Assembly: GCF_009914755.1 (NCBI RefSeq)
Contig: NC_060939.1
Direction: 5' to 3' (one strand)
Length of the DNA stretch: 64,000 nt
DNA from: the human T2T-CHM13v2.0 reference genome, Homo sapiens
Shown: positions 35,965 through 49,118 of the stretch, in pieces
Position numbering within the stretch: position 1 is the first letter of the stretch
Layout of the letters: each line of letters begins with the position of its first letter
Position numbers and translations under genes: made by a program
The notes under the pieces: model-generated
Databases searched by the model: none
Told to the model about the DNA's origin: nothing
The model's input: only the letters and a program-made list of their open reading frames with translations

Positions 35965-36062
35965 GCTCGTCTTAGTCGGGAGACAGCCATGAAGACTGGA
36001 AAGAGACAAAGGGAGAAGGAACAGAGGTGAGGGTTTCAGCATAAGCTGATATTACATGAATC
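35965..36062 (+). repeat. Older local direct duplication, copy 2 (partner 33738-33835)
   Basis: Same alignment; offset 2227 bp. Confidence 0.8.
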
Positions 36063-36249
36063 ACATATAGAGTTCCTGATGTAAGATTAAATTGCAATTA
36101 AGCATCCTTCAATTTTGAATCACTGGCTCAGGGATTTCTGCTTAAAAGATAGCTTCCTGGGCACTGGCAGAAGCTGACATCCCTGATAGTCCACGCTCCC
36201 TCCTTTTTCAGGGGCTACAAACAGGGGCCCATGGAGAAGCACATGGAGC

Positions 36250-36440
36250 TTCAGGTAAAATTTTGGGCTTTGGAATCAGACACACCAGCTGTTGACTTGG
36301 GCGAGTCACTTAACATCTCTGAGCCTTGCGCTCCTCTGAAAAATAAGGATGGCGAAACCACCTCATCGAACTGTTGTAAAGAGTAAGCACACAAACCACT
36401 TAGCCCAGTACCTGGAAGATAAGCTCAATAAATATTGGCT
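36250..36440 (+). mobile_element. MIR SINE
   Basis: GGCTTTGGAATCAGAC...TTGGGCGAGTCACTTAACATCTCTGAGCCT...GCTCAATAAATATT. Confidence 0.75.
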
Positions 36441-36936
36441 AGGAAAAAACAAAAACCAAGACCTTGACGGCTTCGTCGCTGAGCACGCTGCATCCCCTTG
36501 CTTGGAATAAATTCTAAGGCATGGCTCAGCAGCCTCCCCCAGCCAGCTCCCAGCCTCCGTGGGTGAGGGAGGAAAGGCGGGGGCAGGGGCCTGTTCTCAC
36601 CCGGAGAAGATTGCTCTTGGGGTGGGTGATGACTGTGCACCCCACCCACTAGGGAAGGCGCTCAGTGAGTGAACGGAAAAAGCCAGCACCCCTCTCTGCA
36701 GCATTCATTATTCAGAACTTCCCACAGCCTGATGCCTGCTATGGGGGTGTGCGAGGAACACCAGCCAAGGCCAGTTTTGCCTTCTCTGCCTGAGAGGTGG
36801 ACAGCAAGACTAGTGCAGAGACCCAGAAGGAAGTTGGGTCCATCTTCCAAAACCCTGGCTCTCCAAAGCTCCAGGTGATGGGGTTGGCAGGTATTAGAAA
36901 GGGAGCTGGGGCTTTCCAAGCATTCAGCCCTAAATT

Positions 36937-37100
36937 AGTGCTTCTCAAACTTCACTATGCATGAAAACCACCTGGAGGGCTTGTTAAAACACAGATTGCT
37001 GGGCCCCATCCCTAGACATGCTGATCCAGAAGGTCTGAAGGGAGGCCCCAGATTCTGCATTTCCAACAGTTCCCAGGTGCTATTGCTGCTGCTGTTGCTG
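36937..37100. mobile_element. MER5A DNA transposon remnant
   Basis: TAGTGCTTCTCAAACTT...CACCTGGAGGGCTTGTTAAAACACAGATTGCTGGGCCCCA...CTGCATTTCCAACAGTTCCCAGGTG. Confidence 0.85.
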
Positions 37101-37111
37101 CTGTGGGATTA

Positions 37112-37290
37112 TGTAAATTTAAGTCGATTAAAATTATATTAAATTAGAATTTAAGTACAGTTGCTTGGTTGCACTGGCCACATTTCACAGACTCAGTAGA
37201 CACATATGGCTAGTGGGTCCACATTGGACAGTGCAAATAGAGAACATTTCTATAGTTGTGGGAAGTTCTATCAAACAGCACTGCTCTAGA
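37112..37290. mobile_element. MER3/MER33-like hAT-Charlie remnant
   Basis: GCACTGGCCACATTTCA...CACATATGGCTAGTGG...TTGGACAGTGCA...GAACATTTC...CAGCACTGCTCTAGA. Confidence 0.75.
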
Positions 37291-39224
37291 AAGTCTACCA
37301 GAATGATGGGTTTATCAAGGGCGATGGGCTAGGAGTGAAAGAGAGACTAATGGAAAGCCCCTGGGCTGTTGAAGCTTTGTGGGAGCTTGAAGAACCGGCA
37401 GGGGGGTAGGACAGGCCCCTTGAAGACTCTCTGGAAGGATCAGGGTGTGGCAGCCCCAGCTCCTTGCTGACCATGAGAGAGAAACACGAGGCACCATGGG
37501 AACACAGAGGAGGGGTATTTTTAAAAACCAGCCCGGGGGAGTCAGTGGAGTTGAGACATAAGCTGGAATCTGAGGGAAGGATGAGTAGGGAACCAGGCCT
37601 CCAGTATTTTTTGCTCAACTGCGATCCACTCGCCCACAGGCCTGCAAGTATCCTTGTCACTCAGGACGTGAGCAAGCGGTTGGGTTTTGTTGTGTGAGGC
37701 AGGGGCAGCCGTGAAGGACAGAGCCTGTGCCAGGGAAGGAGCCTGAATAATGTGATGTCTGCTCCGAGGAGAAGCATACATCCGAGTTCTGAACAGATGG
37801 CCCAGCAAAAGGGGTTAAGTAAAGAGATCGCTGCGAGGAGTCTTGTCACTTGCATTTGAGCGGAGACCTAGGAGGAACAGACTTTTGGTGGGTCCGAAAT
37901 AGCAAGTGCCAGGGAGGAGAGCAAGCCGCCTTCCCTCCCCCCAACTCCTCCTCCCGCTGCACACACTCCCTCCCCCTGCCCATCTTCTCCCAGAGACAGA
38001 TAGGGGCTTCTGACAACAGCTTTCCAAGGGAGGGAAGGGAAGCGCCTGTGGGTTCTGCCATGTGTGTCTTTGTCACACAGAAAAACAGTTCCATCCTTGA
38101 ACACAAAGAAAGCCTCCTGGCGGGGCAAGAAGCTCCCAGTTCACACCCTCCCTACGCTCAGATTTCCAAGGGCTCAAACCTTCCTTCCAAGTATTCAGAT
38201 CCTGACCCCACACCTTTGCTCTTTCCACCTTTACTTCCATTTGTGCCCTTTCTGTTAGGGGGCCTGCCAAGCAGACTACCCCCTGCCAGTCAGTCTGGGG
38301 CACAATGCTAATAGCTACTTGTAGAAAGACCTGGAGGACAGGAGATGCTGGAGCACCTAAGGAGCTCGGGTTTCCTCCGGCAGCCTCCATTCCTCCCTTC
38401 CATCCCCTTTGCTTCCTCTCCATTCCCAGGTGCTATTGCCCTTTCTATCTCTTCTTCCCCTCACATCCTTCCCTCTCATTCCTCTTTCTTTGCCTTTCTT
38501 TCTTCTTCTCAGATCCCCTGATTCCCAAGAAAGCCAAGTCCATTCCCAAGTTCTAGGTCTAAACTGAGTTTCACACCCCTTCCTCACCCACCTCTCCTCC
38601 CAATAAATCCAATAAATTTTAGGACCAATCTTCCCTCTTGTCTCCCCTTCTGGACACAGCCCAAGAACCACTCTGCCTGCCTTTCCCAGTCAACCAGTCT
38701 CCTTTCTGAAAGCCTCTGTCTTCCTAAACTTAACTTTCAGCCTCTTCTGACTGCTCATTTCTGACAATCCTTGTAACCAAAATCAATGACTCATTCCAGA
38801 CTTTTTCTTTTCAGTTTCTCCAGACTCATCATCCCCGATCCCAAGGTGAGTAACCTGGACCCTGGTCTCACCATTCTTCTCCCTGTCGAGAAATCATACC
38901 TTTCTCATATATAAAGCTCACTTTTATATCGGATAACTTTTTTGGTCTATAAGGAAGGCAGATTTTATGATGCCTTAAAAACAAAAAAAAAATTGTATGT
39001 AGCATATGCATGATTGCGAAAGGCAAAAAGAAATCACCCACAGACTCAAATTTAGTACTTTCAACCAACTTCGCCTGGCTGGACTTCCTTCTGGAATATG
39101 GTGAAAAAATAGTCACCACCTTGGAACACGAGTAGGGGATGCCATTCGGACAGCGGGAGTAAAAGGGGGCAAGTGTTTCTAAAATCTCCCTGAAAGATCT
39201 ATTTCTTGTTGAGAACACCTAGAC

Positions 39225-39450
39225 CAAGGTTTCATAACCCAGGCGCTATTGACACTTGGGGCTGGAGAGTTCCATGTTGTAGGGTTGTCCCATGCATTGT
39301 GGGATGTTTAGAAGCATTCCTGGCCTCTATTCTCTAAATGCCAAAGTAGCACCCTCCTTCCTTCCCAGTTGTGACATGAAAAATGTCACCAGATGTTGCT
39401 AAAAGTCCTCTGGGGTGAGGGGGAAAATCACCTCTCATTGAGAACCAATG
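39225..39450. mobile_element. MER20 DNA transposon
   Basis: CTATTGACACTTGGGGCTGGA...GCATTGTGGGATGTTTAG...CCCAGTTGTGAC...AAAAATGTCACCAGA...TTGAGAACCA. Confidence 0.85.
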
Positions 39451-40237
39451 ACCTGGACATAATCAGGTTGCTTTCACATGACAGGGAAGAGATGAGTGAT
39501 TCTGCACGACCTTCAGAGGCCCTGGGGGAAGGAATAGGAGTCTCTCTATCTCAGGTGAGGCCACTCTCCAGCTTGGGACTGACGCCTTAGTGCTTGGCCT
39601 AAAGAACAGTAACAATGGCTCGTGTGCATTGAGTTTCAGCATGTTTCGGGCACGGAGCTGTAGCGTGCATCCCATGAGGGCATCCCATGCGGGCATCCCA
39701 TGCGTCATGTACCCTACATCATACAATCTCACCATGCCCGGGGAGTAACCTGAGACTTGGGGAGGCCTGAAGCCTGACTTAGAACTTCATCCTGCCTCCA
39801 TGTTTACACATTTGTTCCTTATCTCCTTGGTTCCATCTTTGTAGAGATGAATGAATGCAGAACAAGTGCAAAGTTCACACCATAAGCTCCAAGTGTGCAA
39901 GATATTTTCAAACGTGCATTCCAAAACTCTACCTAATTTCTAATCTTGAGCCTCCTTTTGCCTGGTTGGCAGAAATGTGATCTTAGTCCTTCTTGAGGCT
40001 TTCCTGCCCTCCATACTCCCTGGGATTAGGTCAGGGTTCCTGGGTTCTAAGTTGTGCCAACACATGGTGGGGAGATAGACGGTGTGAGGAATGCTGCTGG
40101 CCATCTGTCCACTCAGATTACACTTGAAGCATTCACTGTTTCTCTGTATGGCTCATTCAGGCAGGTCTGATGGTTCACTACTTCTTCTGCACAGTACTTG
40201 AGACTAAGGACCGTTTTTCAAGGCTATCTATAATCCC

Positions 40238-40745
40238 ATGTGGCATGCTGTATTTTCCAAAGAGGCCAGAATATCTTTCATCCCACATGCTCTTCTCACA
40301 ATATAACTTTGAAACTTCATCCATCAAGAGATAGAGTCTTGTGCCTATAGCAGAAGTGACACTATGGGACTCTAAAGGGAGATACAGCTGTGCCTGGCTC
40401 TTTTGGGATGCTTGCTCTTGGAAATTAAGCCTCCATGCTATGAGGAAGCCCAAGCAGCCACATAAAGAATATGCATGCAGGGTTCCAGGTGACAGTCCCA
40501 ACTGAGACCCCAGCTGACAGCCAGCAGCAACTGCCAGACATATGGGTGAATAAGCCTATGGGTGATTCCAGCCCCAGGCCAGCCAGCAAATCACTCCCTG
40601 CCTTTGACCCTTCCGAGAACTCAAGGAGTAGGGACAAGCCATTCCTAATGGCCTCTTTCTGCATTCCTGACCCACCAAGTCTGTAAGCATAATAAAATGA
40701 TTGCTTTACAAAATTTGAAGTGGTTTGTTATGCATCAATTGTACG
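40238..40745. mobile_element. MLT1 (ERVL-MaLR) solo LTR, MLT1G/H-like
   Basis: CCATGCTATGAGGAAGCCCAAGCAGCCACAT...CCCAGCTGACAGCCAGCAGCAACTGCCAGACAT...AATAAAATGATTG...GGTTTGTTATGCA. Confidence 0.8.
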
Positions 40746-41154
40746 TGGAACATCCTGTCTGCCCAATGCATCAATATGCAGACACACCTGTCTGAGGTCT
40801 TGCCTCCTCCCTGGCATAAGTCCACACTGATTTGGAGGTTGCACGCATCTCTCCTCATCTCTCCTGCCTGGGGATCCTCTCTCCAGTCCACTGTGGAGAG
40901 TCGTTTTCCTTTTTGTTTTTCCATGACACTATATTTATACCCAAGCATCTCTTTCTTCTTCCTTTCACCTCCTCCATAATGCATCTAACTTTGCCTAATG
41001 GTTTAGGCTTTTGAGGCACAAAAGCCTATGAGATAGGCAGACTTTTCACAATTTCTACCATCTCTCCCCTAGGGCAAGGAGCAGAGTCAGGTAACCTACT
41101 TCAGTGGGAGAAGGAAAAGGGAAAAACACCCGCTGGGGGAAAAAGATGTGTAGC

Positions 41155-41485
41155 TTATTTTTGACAGTTTTATTGAAACATACTTCGCATACCATACAAT
41201 TCACCCATTTAAAGTGTATAATTCAGCAACTTCTAGTATAATCACAGAGCTGTGCAACCATCACTAGAGTCAAGTTTAGAATATTTACATCACCCCCCCC
41301 AAAAAACTCCATATCTCTTAGCCATCATTCCCCAGTACTCCCATACCCCCAGTGCCTGGCAACCACTTTCTGTCTCTATGGATTTGCTTATTCTGACATT
41401 TCATCTAAATGGATTCATTCTACACGTGGTCCTTTGTGGCTGGCTTCTTTCACTGAGCATAATGTTCAAGGTTCACCCATGCCAC
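41155..41485 (-). mobile_element. L1M (L1MB-like) 3' end fragment
   Basis: TTTTATTGAAACATACTTCGCATACCATACAATTCACCCATTTAAAGTGTATAATTC...TTTCTGTCTCTATGGATTTGC...GGCTTCTTTCACTGAGCATAATG. Confidence 0.85.
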
Positions 41486-44400
41486 AGCAGATGCACAGAT
41501 TAATATAATATCTCAAGGCACCACCAAACAAAAAGACATCGTTTCCTTTTCCCCTGCCTCCATGCCAAGTTGTGAAGAATATGTTTTTGCTTTTAAATGG
41601 GGGTTCCTGTTCTCCACCCACACAGTCATTTCACATCCAGCCTTTGAAGTAGAATCAGCAACTGGACCCCAAACTGGGGGGGCCACAAATCCCAAGTAAA
41701 ATGATAATGGAGCTCCAAACAACTCCTCTCCATGGCCCCTTTCTCTGTGTGATTAAGCTCCTGGTGGATGTCTTGAATAAACCATTTATTCTGTTGGACT
41801 ATACCAGCTGCTATATGGACCCACCACCCAGTTTCTATGAGCTCAGACAGAAAGCCAGGAGCAGAGGAGAAGGCCAGCAAGGCCCTGGCCTTGCCAAGGG
41901 TCTTCAAAATACGGGACCTGGAGCAAGGGCACCCACCCTCAGGATTGCTGGCAGGCAGAGGGCCGTGAGCAGGCAGGATTTAGGACCCAGCGCCAAGTGA
42001 GGGCAGTGGTAGGGGCTGCCAGTGGAGAGTTTGCGGCTCGCCCAAGAAATGGATGAAGAATGGGATGGAGAGGAGCATGACCATCAATGAACCACAAAGC
42101 CTTTTAGCATCCATTTGCGACTGCTGCTGAACAAACAATTGCAAACACACCAGTCACTAGCTGGGGCTTGGCTCTCCTGGGACAGCCTTGAACTCCAGCC
42201 CAGAGCCCCATCCCCAAACAAAGGATAGAGGAGGTGCTCTCAGCAACCCCATCTCCATCTCTGCCGCTAAATCCAGACCTCGAACGTTGCAGCCCTCCAA
42301 CTGTGTTCTGGTCCTTGGCAAGGAGGAGTCCTCAATATCTTTAGCTCAGTGAGCAGTGGTCCTGCTAAGGCGGTTCCATGAGAAATAGAGATGAGTTGCT
42401 GGGATCTGGTATTTTCATAACAACTGTTTAGATATCAGCTTTCAGAATCAGACTCTGTGGAATCCACCCATCCTTGGAGGAAGACACAGTTCCTCTGCGT
42501 TAAGGTTTATGCAACAGGTTCCATTCCCCTGAAACAAAGGACAGGAGGCTTGTAGAGCCCTTGATTTGGATAAGCAGAAGCAGGCTGTCCCTCTGGTGTT
42601 CCCCTTCTGTCCCCATTCATTCCATAGCATGACAGACCCAAACGTCTGATCAACTAGGCTTGGTGTGAGGGCTAAGAGCTATATGGAGTGCAAAAAGCCC
42701 CATGGGTCTCCCAAAGGGGATGTGAATTCCTTGGGAGGAACAAAAGATCACACCCACCCACCCAATGTGCCCTCTTTGATCCATAAATCAGCCTGATCCT
42801 CTGGCACATCTCCCAGATACAGGGGCCAGGCATGGATGGGAGCTCTCTTCTATGAGGTAGATAGGAACACTGGAGCACTGGGGAACCAGGTGTCAAGGCA
42901 GCCACCCCTTCCGCTAGCTGACTACTTTATCAACGGGAGGCAGAAAGAAGTTTTATTAAAATGGAAAACTCCTACTTAGAAACCAAAACACAGTGGACAC
43001 TCATTGAGGTCTTATTCACTCTAAATTTGTCAACTCTACAGGACTTTAAGACCCAGTGGCAAAAGAGGGCAAAAAGGACAACCATGGAAGGTATATAAAA
43101 GGGCATAACACAAAAAAAATCAACTAAGCCGGGCTCAGGGAGCACCCTCTCCCCAGACTTGGGTCCCAATGCCATCAGCTGGTAGGCAGAAGTGCCAACA
43201 TTGCTACAAAGTTCTGCCCCCTCACCCACCTCCTCGCTGCCCTGCTGTCCTCCCCTCCCCTCCCCCTCCCCAGTGGCGTCTGCCTGTTTATTTGCTGAGC
43301 CCTGGTTTAACAATGCCCTGTTTTTATGAGTTGTGCCGTAGTTCTTGGTAAAGCACTTTAATCCACTTTAATGCCCCCACTCTGCTCCTCCGTGACAGCC
43401 TGGTGGTTACTCTAATGCATCCCTCTCACCTCAGGGTTACTAATGAGGTCAGAGGGAACGCAATATCCCAACTGAATAATTCACTAATCAGATGCTACAG
43501 ACTCCAGTGGTAAAATTTATTTCTGACACCTAAACGGCAAATGGGTTTGTGGACACACTCCCTCCCTCTCTTTGCTCCAGAGCTATTTCTGCTAAATGGA
43601 GGGCTGCTGTGTTTGCTTAACAAAAGGGCTCTGGTCTGGCCACAAACACATCTCCTCATCTGGGGTCTTGCATGCCTTCAGGAAAGTGAAGTCAGGGTGG
43701 GGGGCACAGCAGGTGGAGGCCTGTTTAGAGGGGGCTCACAGCGGATGATGGTGCTGTCAGAGCCTCCTTTCCCTTCCCTTTTGAGGCTGGTAGCAGCTCA
43801 CCTAACCCCCAGCCCCCCAAACCTCATTCCATCCTCGTGCCAGTGAACACACCTCCGTCCCGTGCTCCACTGTTAGGTGAGTCATTCTAACCAGCTCTGG
43901 TGTTGGGCACCTTGCAGATGTGTAGACACTCCCCAGAACCATTCTCCAGGAAAATGCACACGTTTGTGATAATTTTGCACTCTGTTTTAGGGGGCTCCCA
44001 GCTTCTCTCAGGACCTCAGTCTCAGGATAAGGTTCTTCTCTGCATTTAGCTTTCCTAGATTACCATCAGGTTATTTTCCATACTAGGCATCCATGTTCCC
44101 AGTTTATAAAATGGAGAGGAAGAGCCAGGTGTCTCCAAGCTCTCTGCCCACTCTGAGATTCTCTGCACCTCAAACAGAGACCACAAGGCCCAGTTCTTTA
44201 TGCATCAGCCCAGCCACTAGAGCCAGGACCCTTACGCAGGCAGCTGCCTCAGAGGGAGGAATTGGCACTCAGCCTCGCACACCCACTCCCTCAGGGGCTG
44301 CACAGATACACAGAGCCATCTTCATATTCCAGGCAGATTCCATCCATCCATCCAGAGTCCAGAGAGTGTCCCCCATCTTCCAACAGATGGGGAGCTTCAA

Positions 44401-46259
44401 GTTTAGGCTGCAGCCAAAGTTTCCACAGGAACCTAGCAACCACCCCTGTTCTGGAAACTTCCAGGCTTCCTTGGATCGTGCCAGATTTCTTTTTACCCTC
44501 TTCAAGTGAGCAGTGGCCAGCATTTGCAAAGTCAACCAGTGTGCCTGTGCTCTAGGACTCAAGGGCACCCTGCCCAGCTTCACCTGCCTTCCAGGGTGCA
44601 GCCTGTCAGGGCACCAGCACCCCAGGCATAGGGCTCTATTAATATCATTTGTACTTAATTGACTAAACCATGATATATGCAGAGGGGTACAAGAGAACCT
44701 GAATATCCCTCAAAAATATGAGCTGTTTTTCAAAATTATCTTCAATTCTCCAACACGCCCTACCAATCAGATATGCATTGTCACGGAATTCAAACTGGAA
44801 CCTCTGGGGCTTCCCTCCTTTCCTAATGTCCCTCCCACCATGCCTCAGGTTCTGGCCAAAGGGCTGGAGTCCACAAGCCTGTTTCTGACCCTAGGCAAGG
44901 AAACCGTTTCAAGAAAAGGGGCTGGAAGAGCCTTGGATATCTGAGATAGCTGGCTGAGTGGAAGTGGGCACAGCCTTCGTCTTTGTGTGTTTTTATTAAT
45001 CAGCTCCCATGCCACCTGAGGCTGGTTGCCCATCCCTGCCTCTCCAGGCCACACCGAGGTGCTAGAGATGGGGAGCAGCTTAGCAGCTAATGAAGGAAGG
45101 GGCCCTCTCTGCAGCGCAAGGGGGAGGGCGTGCATCAGCTCTGCTGGCAGCTCAGGCAGCCTTAATTGCCTGTCCCCCAGCCCAGCCCCTTGCAGCTCTC
45201 CTCCTTCACCCTGCCCCCCACCCCCTCTCTCTGCAAGAAGCTAAATGGGCCTCTGCTCCATGCCCCGAGGGCCCCACGGGAGTGAGGTTCCCCCACTGAG
45301 CCATGTGTCCGGGTCACAGGTCTCCAGTCTGCCTTCTGTAAACAGAGGCAAAGGTGGCGGCTCCTCACCAGCCTGTCAGAGCCGCCCCGGCGCGCCGACT
45401 GCAGCAGCTCCCCACTTGACCCTTGCTCTGAGGTGTGACCCCAGCTTTGCACTCCGATTCTAATTTAGGAACCCTCCTCCTTGCCTGGGTCCAGGGAGCC
45501 TTGCGCCTGGCATACGGGTCTGAGTCCTGCATTGCTGACTCAGGCAGATTAAGCCTGAAGCTCTGGCTACTGAGCCTGGTGGTGCTGGCAGAGTCTGTCA
45601 CCAGCAGTTCTAGTCCCTGGCATCCAGCTCAGGCTCCCTGGTTCCAGCTCTGGGCAGTGTTCTTTGTGGCTGACCTTTCCAGAATCTGTCTCCGCACCCT
45701 TCCATCTCTTGGTGATCAGCCTTGAGCCCTGAGGCTTCTGTCTCCTTTTAATCCAGAATGAGACTGTCCTTGGCCTGACACCCCATGGCTCTGCGGCCCC
45801 AGTCTCTCAGTGGAATTGACATTCATTGAGTGGCTTCCACGTGCCAGACATTGTGTTGAGGAATTTAACCCTCAAGGCAACTCTAAGACTTTGCCAGTCC
45901 CTGGCCAGCCTGTCTTGAGCTTCAGTGGCAGAGGTAGGGCATGCTTTCCCAAGGAATAGCAGACTGGGAGTTAGAAAGCTGAGTTCCACACCTAATGACT
46001 TTGACTTGCACATTGTTCAATTTCCATTTTTAAAATGGGACCCCCAAAACCCCCTCCTAAAAAAGCCTGTCGGAACCCAATGTAAGAGCGATTTTTAAAG
46101 GAAGGAAACTTTTGGGTTCCCTCAGAATTCCAGACCCCTGGGATGTCCCCACCCCTCTAACTCAGTTTCTCCCTCCAGGTTGTCTAAATGAAGAGATAAG
46201 CACAGGAAAATGTGCCCTATTCTTCACTGACTTGTTCATATATTGTTCCATTTATCTTC

Positions 46260-46900
46260 ATTCCAACCATGCATGCACCCATTCAAAAACTCCTTTCATC
46301 TTTTGAAAGGGTTAATTCACTCAGAAATTCACCCATTCACACACCTATACATCCATTTATCCCACCCACCCACTCGTCTACCCACCAACCTATTTATCTG
46401 TCTACTCATCCATCTATCCATTCACCCATTCATCTATTCTCCCATCCATTCATCAAACCACACACCTATCCATTCATGCATTCATTGACTCCGTCATAAA
46501 TTTCACCCATCCTTCCATCCATCCCACCTATATTCATTCACTCACACACCCATCCACCACCTACTCACTCATCCATCTATTTATCCACTTACTCACCCAT
46601 CTATCTACTCACCCACCCATTTATTTATCTACCCAGTCATTTCTCTATTGACCCATTCATCTGCCTATCCTCTCATTCATCCATCAAATCACACATCTAT
46701 TCATTCCTCTACTTATTAATTTATTTGTAAATTCCATCCATCCTTCTACCCACCTTTCCATGCGATTGCTCTCCCATTTACCTTCCTACAAATTTATCTA
46801 TCAACTCACCCATCCATCCACCCATTCATCAATCTATCTACCATTCATTAATCTTTCTAGCCTTCTACCCATCTTTCTCTTCATTATTTTGACCACCCAC
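46260..46900. repeat. Degenerate (CCAT/CATT/CTAT)n low-complexity tract, ~640 bp
   Basis: Read directly; nearly G-free on the plus strand. Confidence 0.88.
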
Positions 46901-47244
46901 TGTATTCTACACCCTAGATTATGTATTAAAGATAAAGAGATGAGTAAATCACAAATTCTGCCTTTCAAGAGGTCAAATTATAATGCATAAGACAGTGACA
47001 CAAAAATAGGCAATGGCAATGTGATTTGATGAAGAATGGCTGAGTGGGAAGCATGAAAACATGTGGGATTTAGAAGGGCCTCTGTGGGGATTAGAGAAGA
47101 CTTCTCCCACTAACTGATATCTGGCCTGGGCTTCAACAGGTGATTAAGAGTTCACTAGGTGAGCAGGTGAAGTCAGTGCTCAGCAGAGGCAACTGCATGC
47201 AGAAAAGCATAAAATTCTAAGAGAAAAGCTCTGCAAAGCTCTAC

Positions 47245-47412
47245 AATGGTGGCTCTCAACATGGTGTGATCTTGCCCTTCAGGAGACATTTGACAATATC
47301 TGGAGACATTTTTGGTTGTCACAACTTGGGGGTGCCACCGGCTAAACAGCCTACAATTCACAGGACAGCCTCCACTCCAAAATGTCAATAGTACCAATGT
47401 TGAGAAACTGTG
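47245..47412. mobile_element. MER20 remnant (internally deleted; opposite orientation to the 39225 copy)
   Basis: GGAGACATTTGACAATATCTGGAGACATTTTTGGTTGTCACAACTTGGG...AAAATGTCAATAGT...GTTGAGAAAC. Confidence 0.85.
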
Positions 47413-47689
47413 AAACCTTCTCTAGAAAGATGACAGGCAGTTTCAGGATTGTTGGAGTAAAGAAAAGAGGAAGCAATGAGAGAAAGTCCCAGAGAGGTAG
47501 ACAGGAGCTAGATCAGAGACTGCAAACCACATTTATCAAATGCTTAAGCATTGGGAACTCAGAGATACAATCGGATTCAGTCACTGTTCTCCAGAGCTTT
47601 GAACTCTCATTGAAGAAATGGCCCATGTCCACAAAGGGAGTGGAACCTCTAGTAATTGAGATCCTACTATGTGCCAGTCACAGTATTAG

Positions 47690-47988
<299 letters not shown>

Positions 47989-48804
47989 AGAATTTGTATA
48001 TATATTATATCATGGATTTTTTTTACAATAATTCTATGAGGTAGGTTCCATTTTCCCGATGAGAAAGCTGAGGCTCAGAAAAGTTTTCAAAAGCCTGGTT
48101 CTATATCACACAGTGAGTAAGTGGTAATGCATCGCAGTCCACACTGCCCAGCCTGACTGATCGAGGTGGCAGACTTGGCAAATTAATAGCAGAGACCTTG
48201 ATAGAGGGGGCAGTCCACAGAGACCTCATGGGAAGAGCAGAATGTGGCCTGGAATAAAGAAAAGGGATGAGATAGGCGAGAGGGACAGGGTGGCAGGAGG
48301 ATTGTCAGTAAAGGCACAGGTGAGAAAGAGTGGGGCAGGTTCTGGAAACCCTAGGCAGTCAGGGGATTGAAGGATGCACGAGAAGAGAAAAGGGTCCTAT
48401 TGGAAGCTTACTGCAGGGCCCTGCAGGTCTAGGTATTCACTCAAGGCCATGGGAACAGAACGAAGGCCAAGGCAGAGGCATTAGAAAGACTTCAGCAGCA
48501 ACCTCTGAGGAATGAACAGAGAGAGAGAGGAGGAGTTGGGGAAAATGTTATGTTTCGAACATGAGTTTTACCGAGAAATCTCTGTTCCTGGCCCTTCTAC
48601 ATGTAGAAGCTGCCTCTCCCTTCCCCCATCAGTTTCCAGGGGGAAGGGGCAGCTCACTCAGATGCCAAAGGAGAGCCTGCTGCTGTAGCCTGCTCTGGCC
48701 AGTCTTGGAAGGACAGAGCTGTTGTCTTTTGGGGCATCACATTCACCTCTGTTAAAAAAGCTGCATCCTCTCCCTGGATTCCTTCTCATTCACCACATTC
48801 ATCT

Positions 48805-49118
48805 CACACACATGCACACACATGCATAGACATGCACACACATGCAAACACATACACAGGCATGCACACACATGCACAGACATGTATGCATGTGCACCCA
48901 CACGGACATATACGCGCGCGCACACATGCACATACATGCAGACATGCACAAACATGCACATACATACACAAACATGCACCCACACATAGACAGGCATGCA
49001 CACACGTGAACGCACATGCACACGCATGCACATACACACATACAACATGCACATGCATGCACATACACGCACGTGGATGCACATGCACACACATGCACAT
49101 ACATGCATGCACAAACAC
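48805..49118. repeat. Degenerate (CA)n/(CACATG)n alternating purine-pyrimidine tract, ~310 bp
   Basis: Read directly. Confidence 0.95.
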
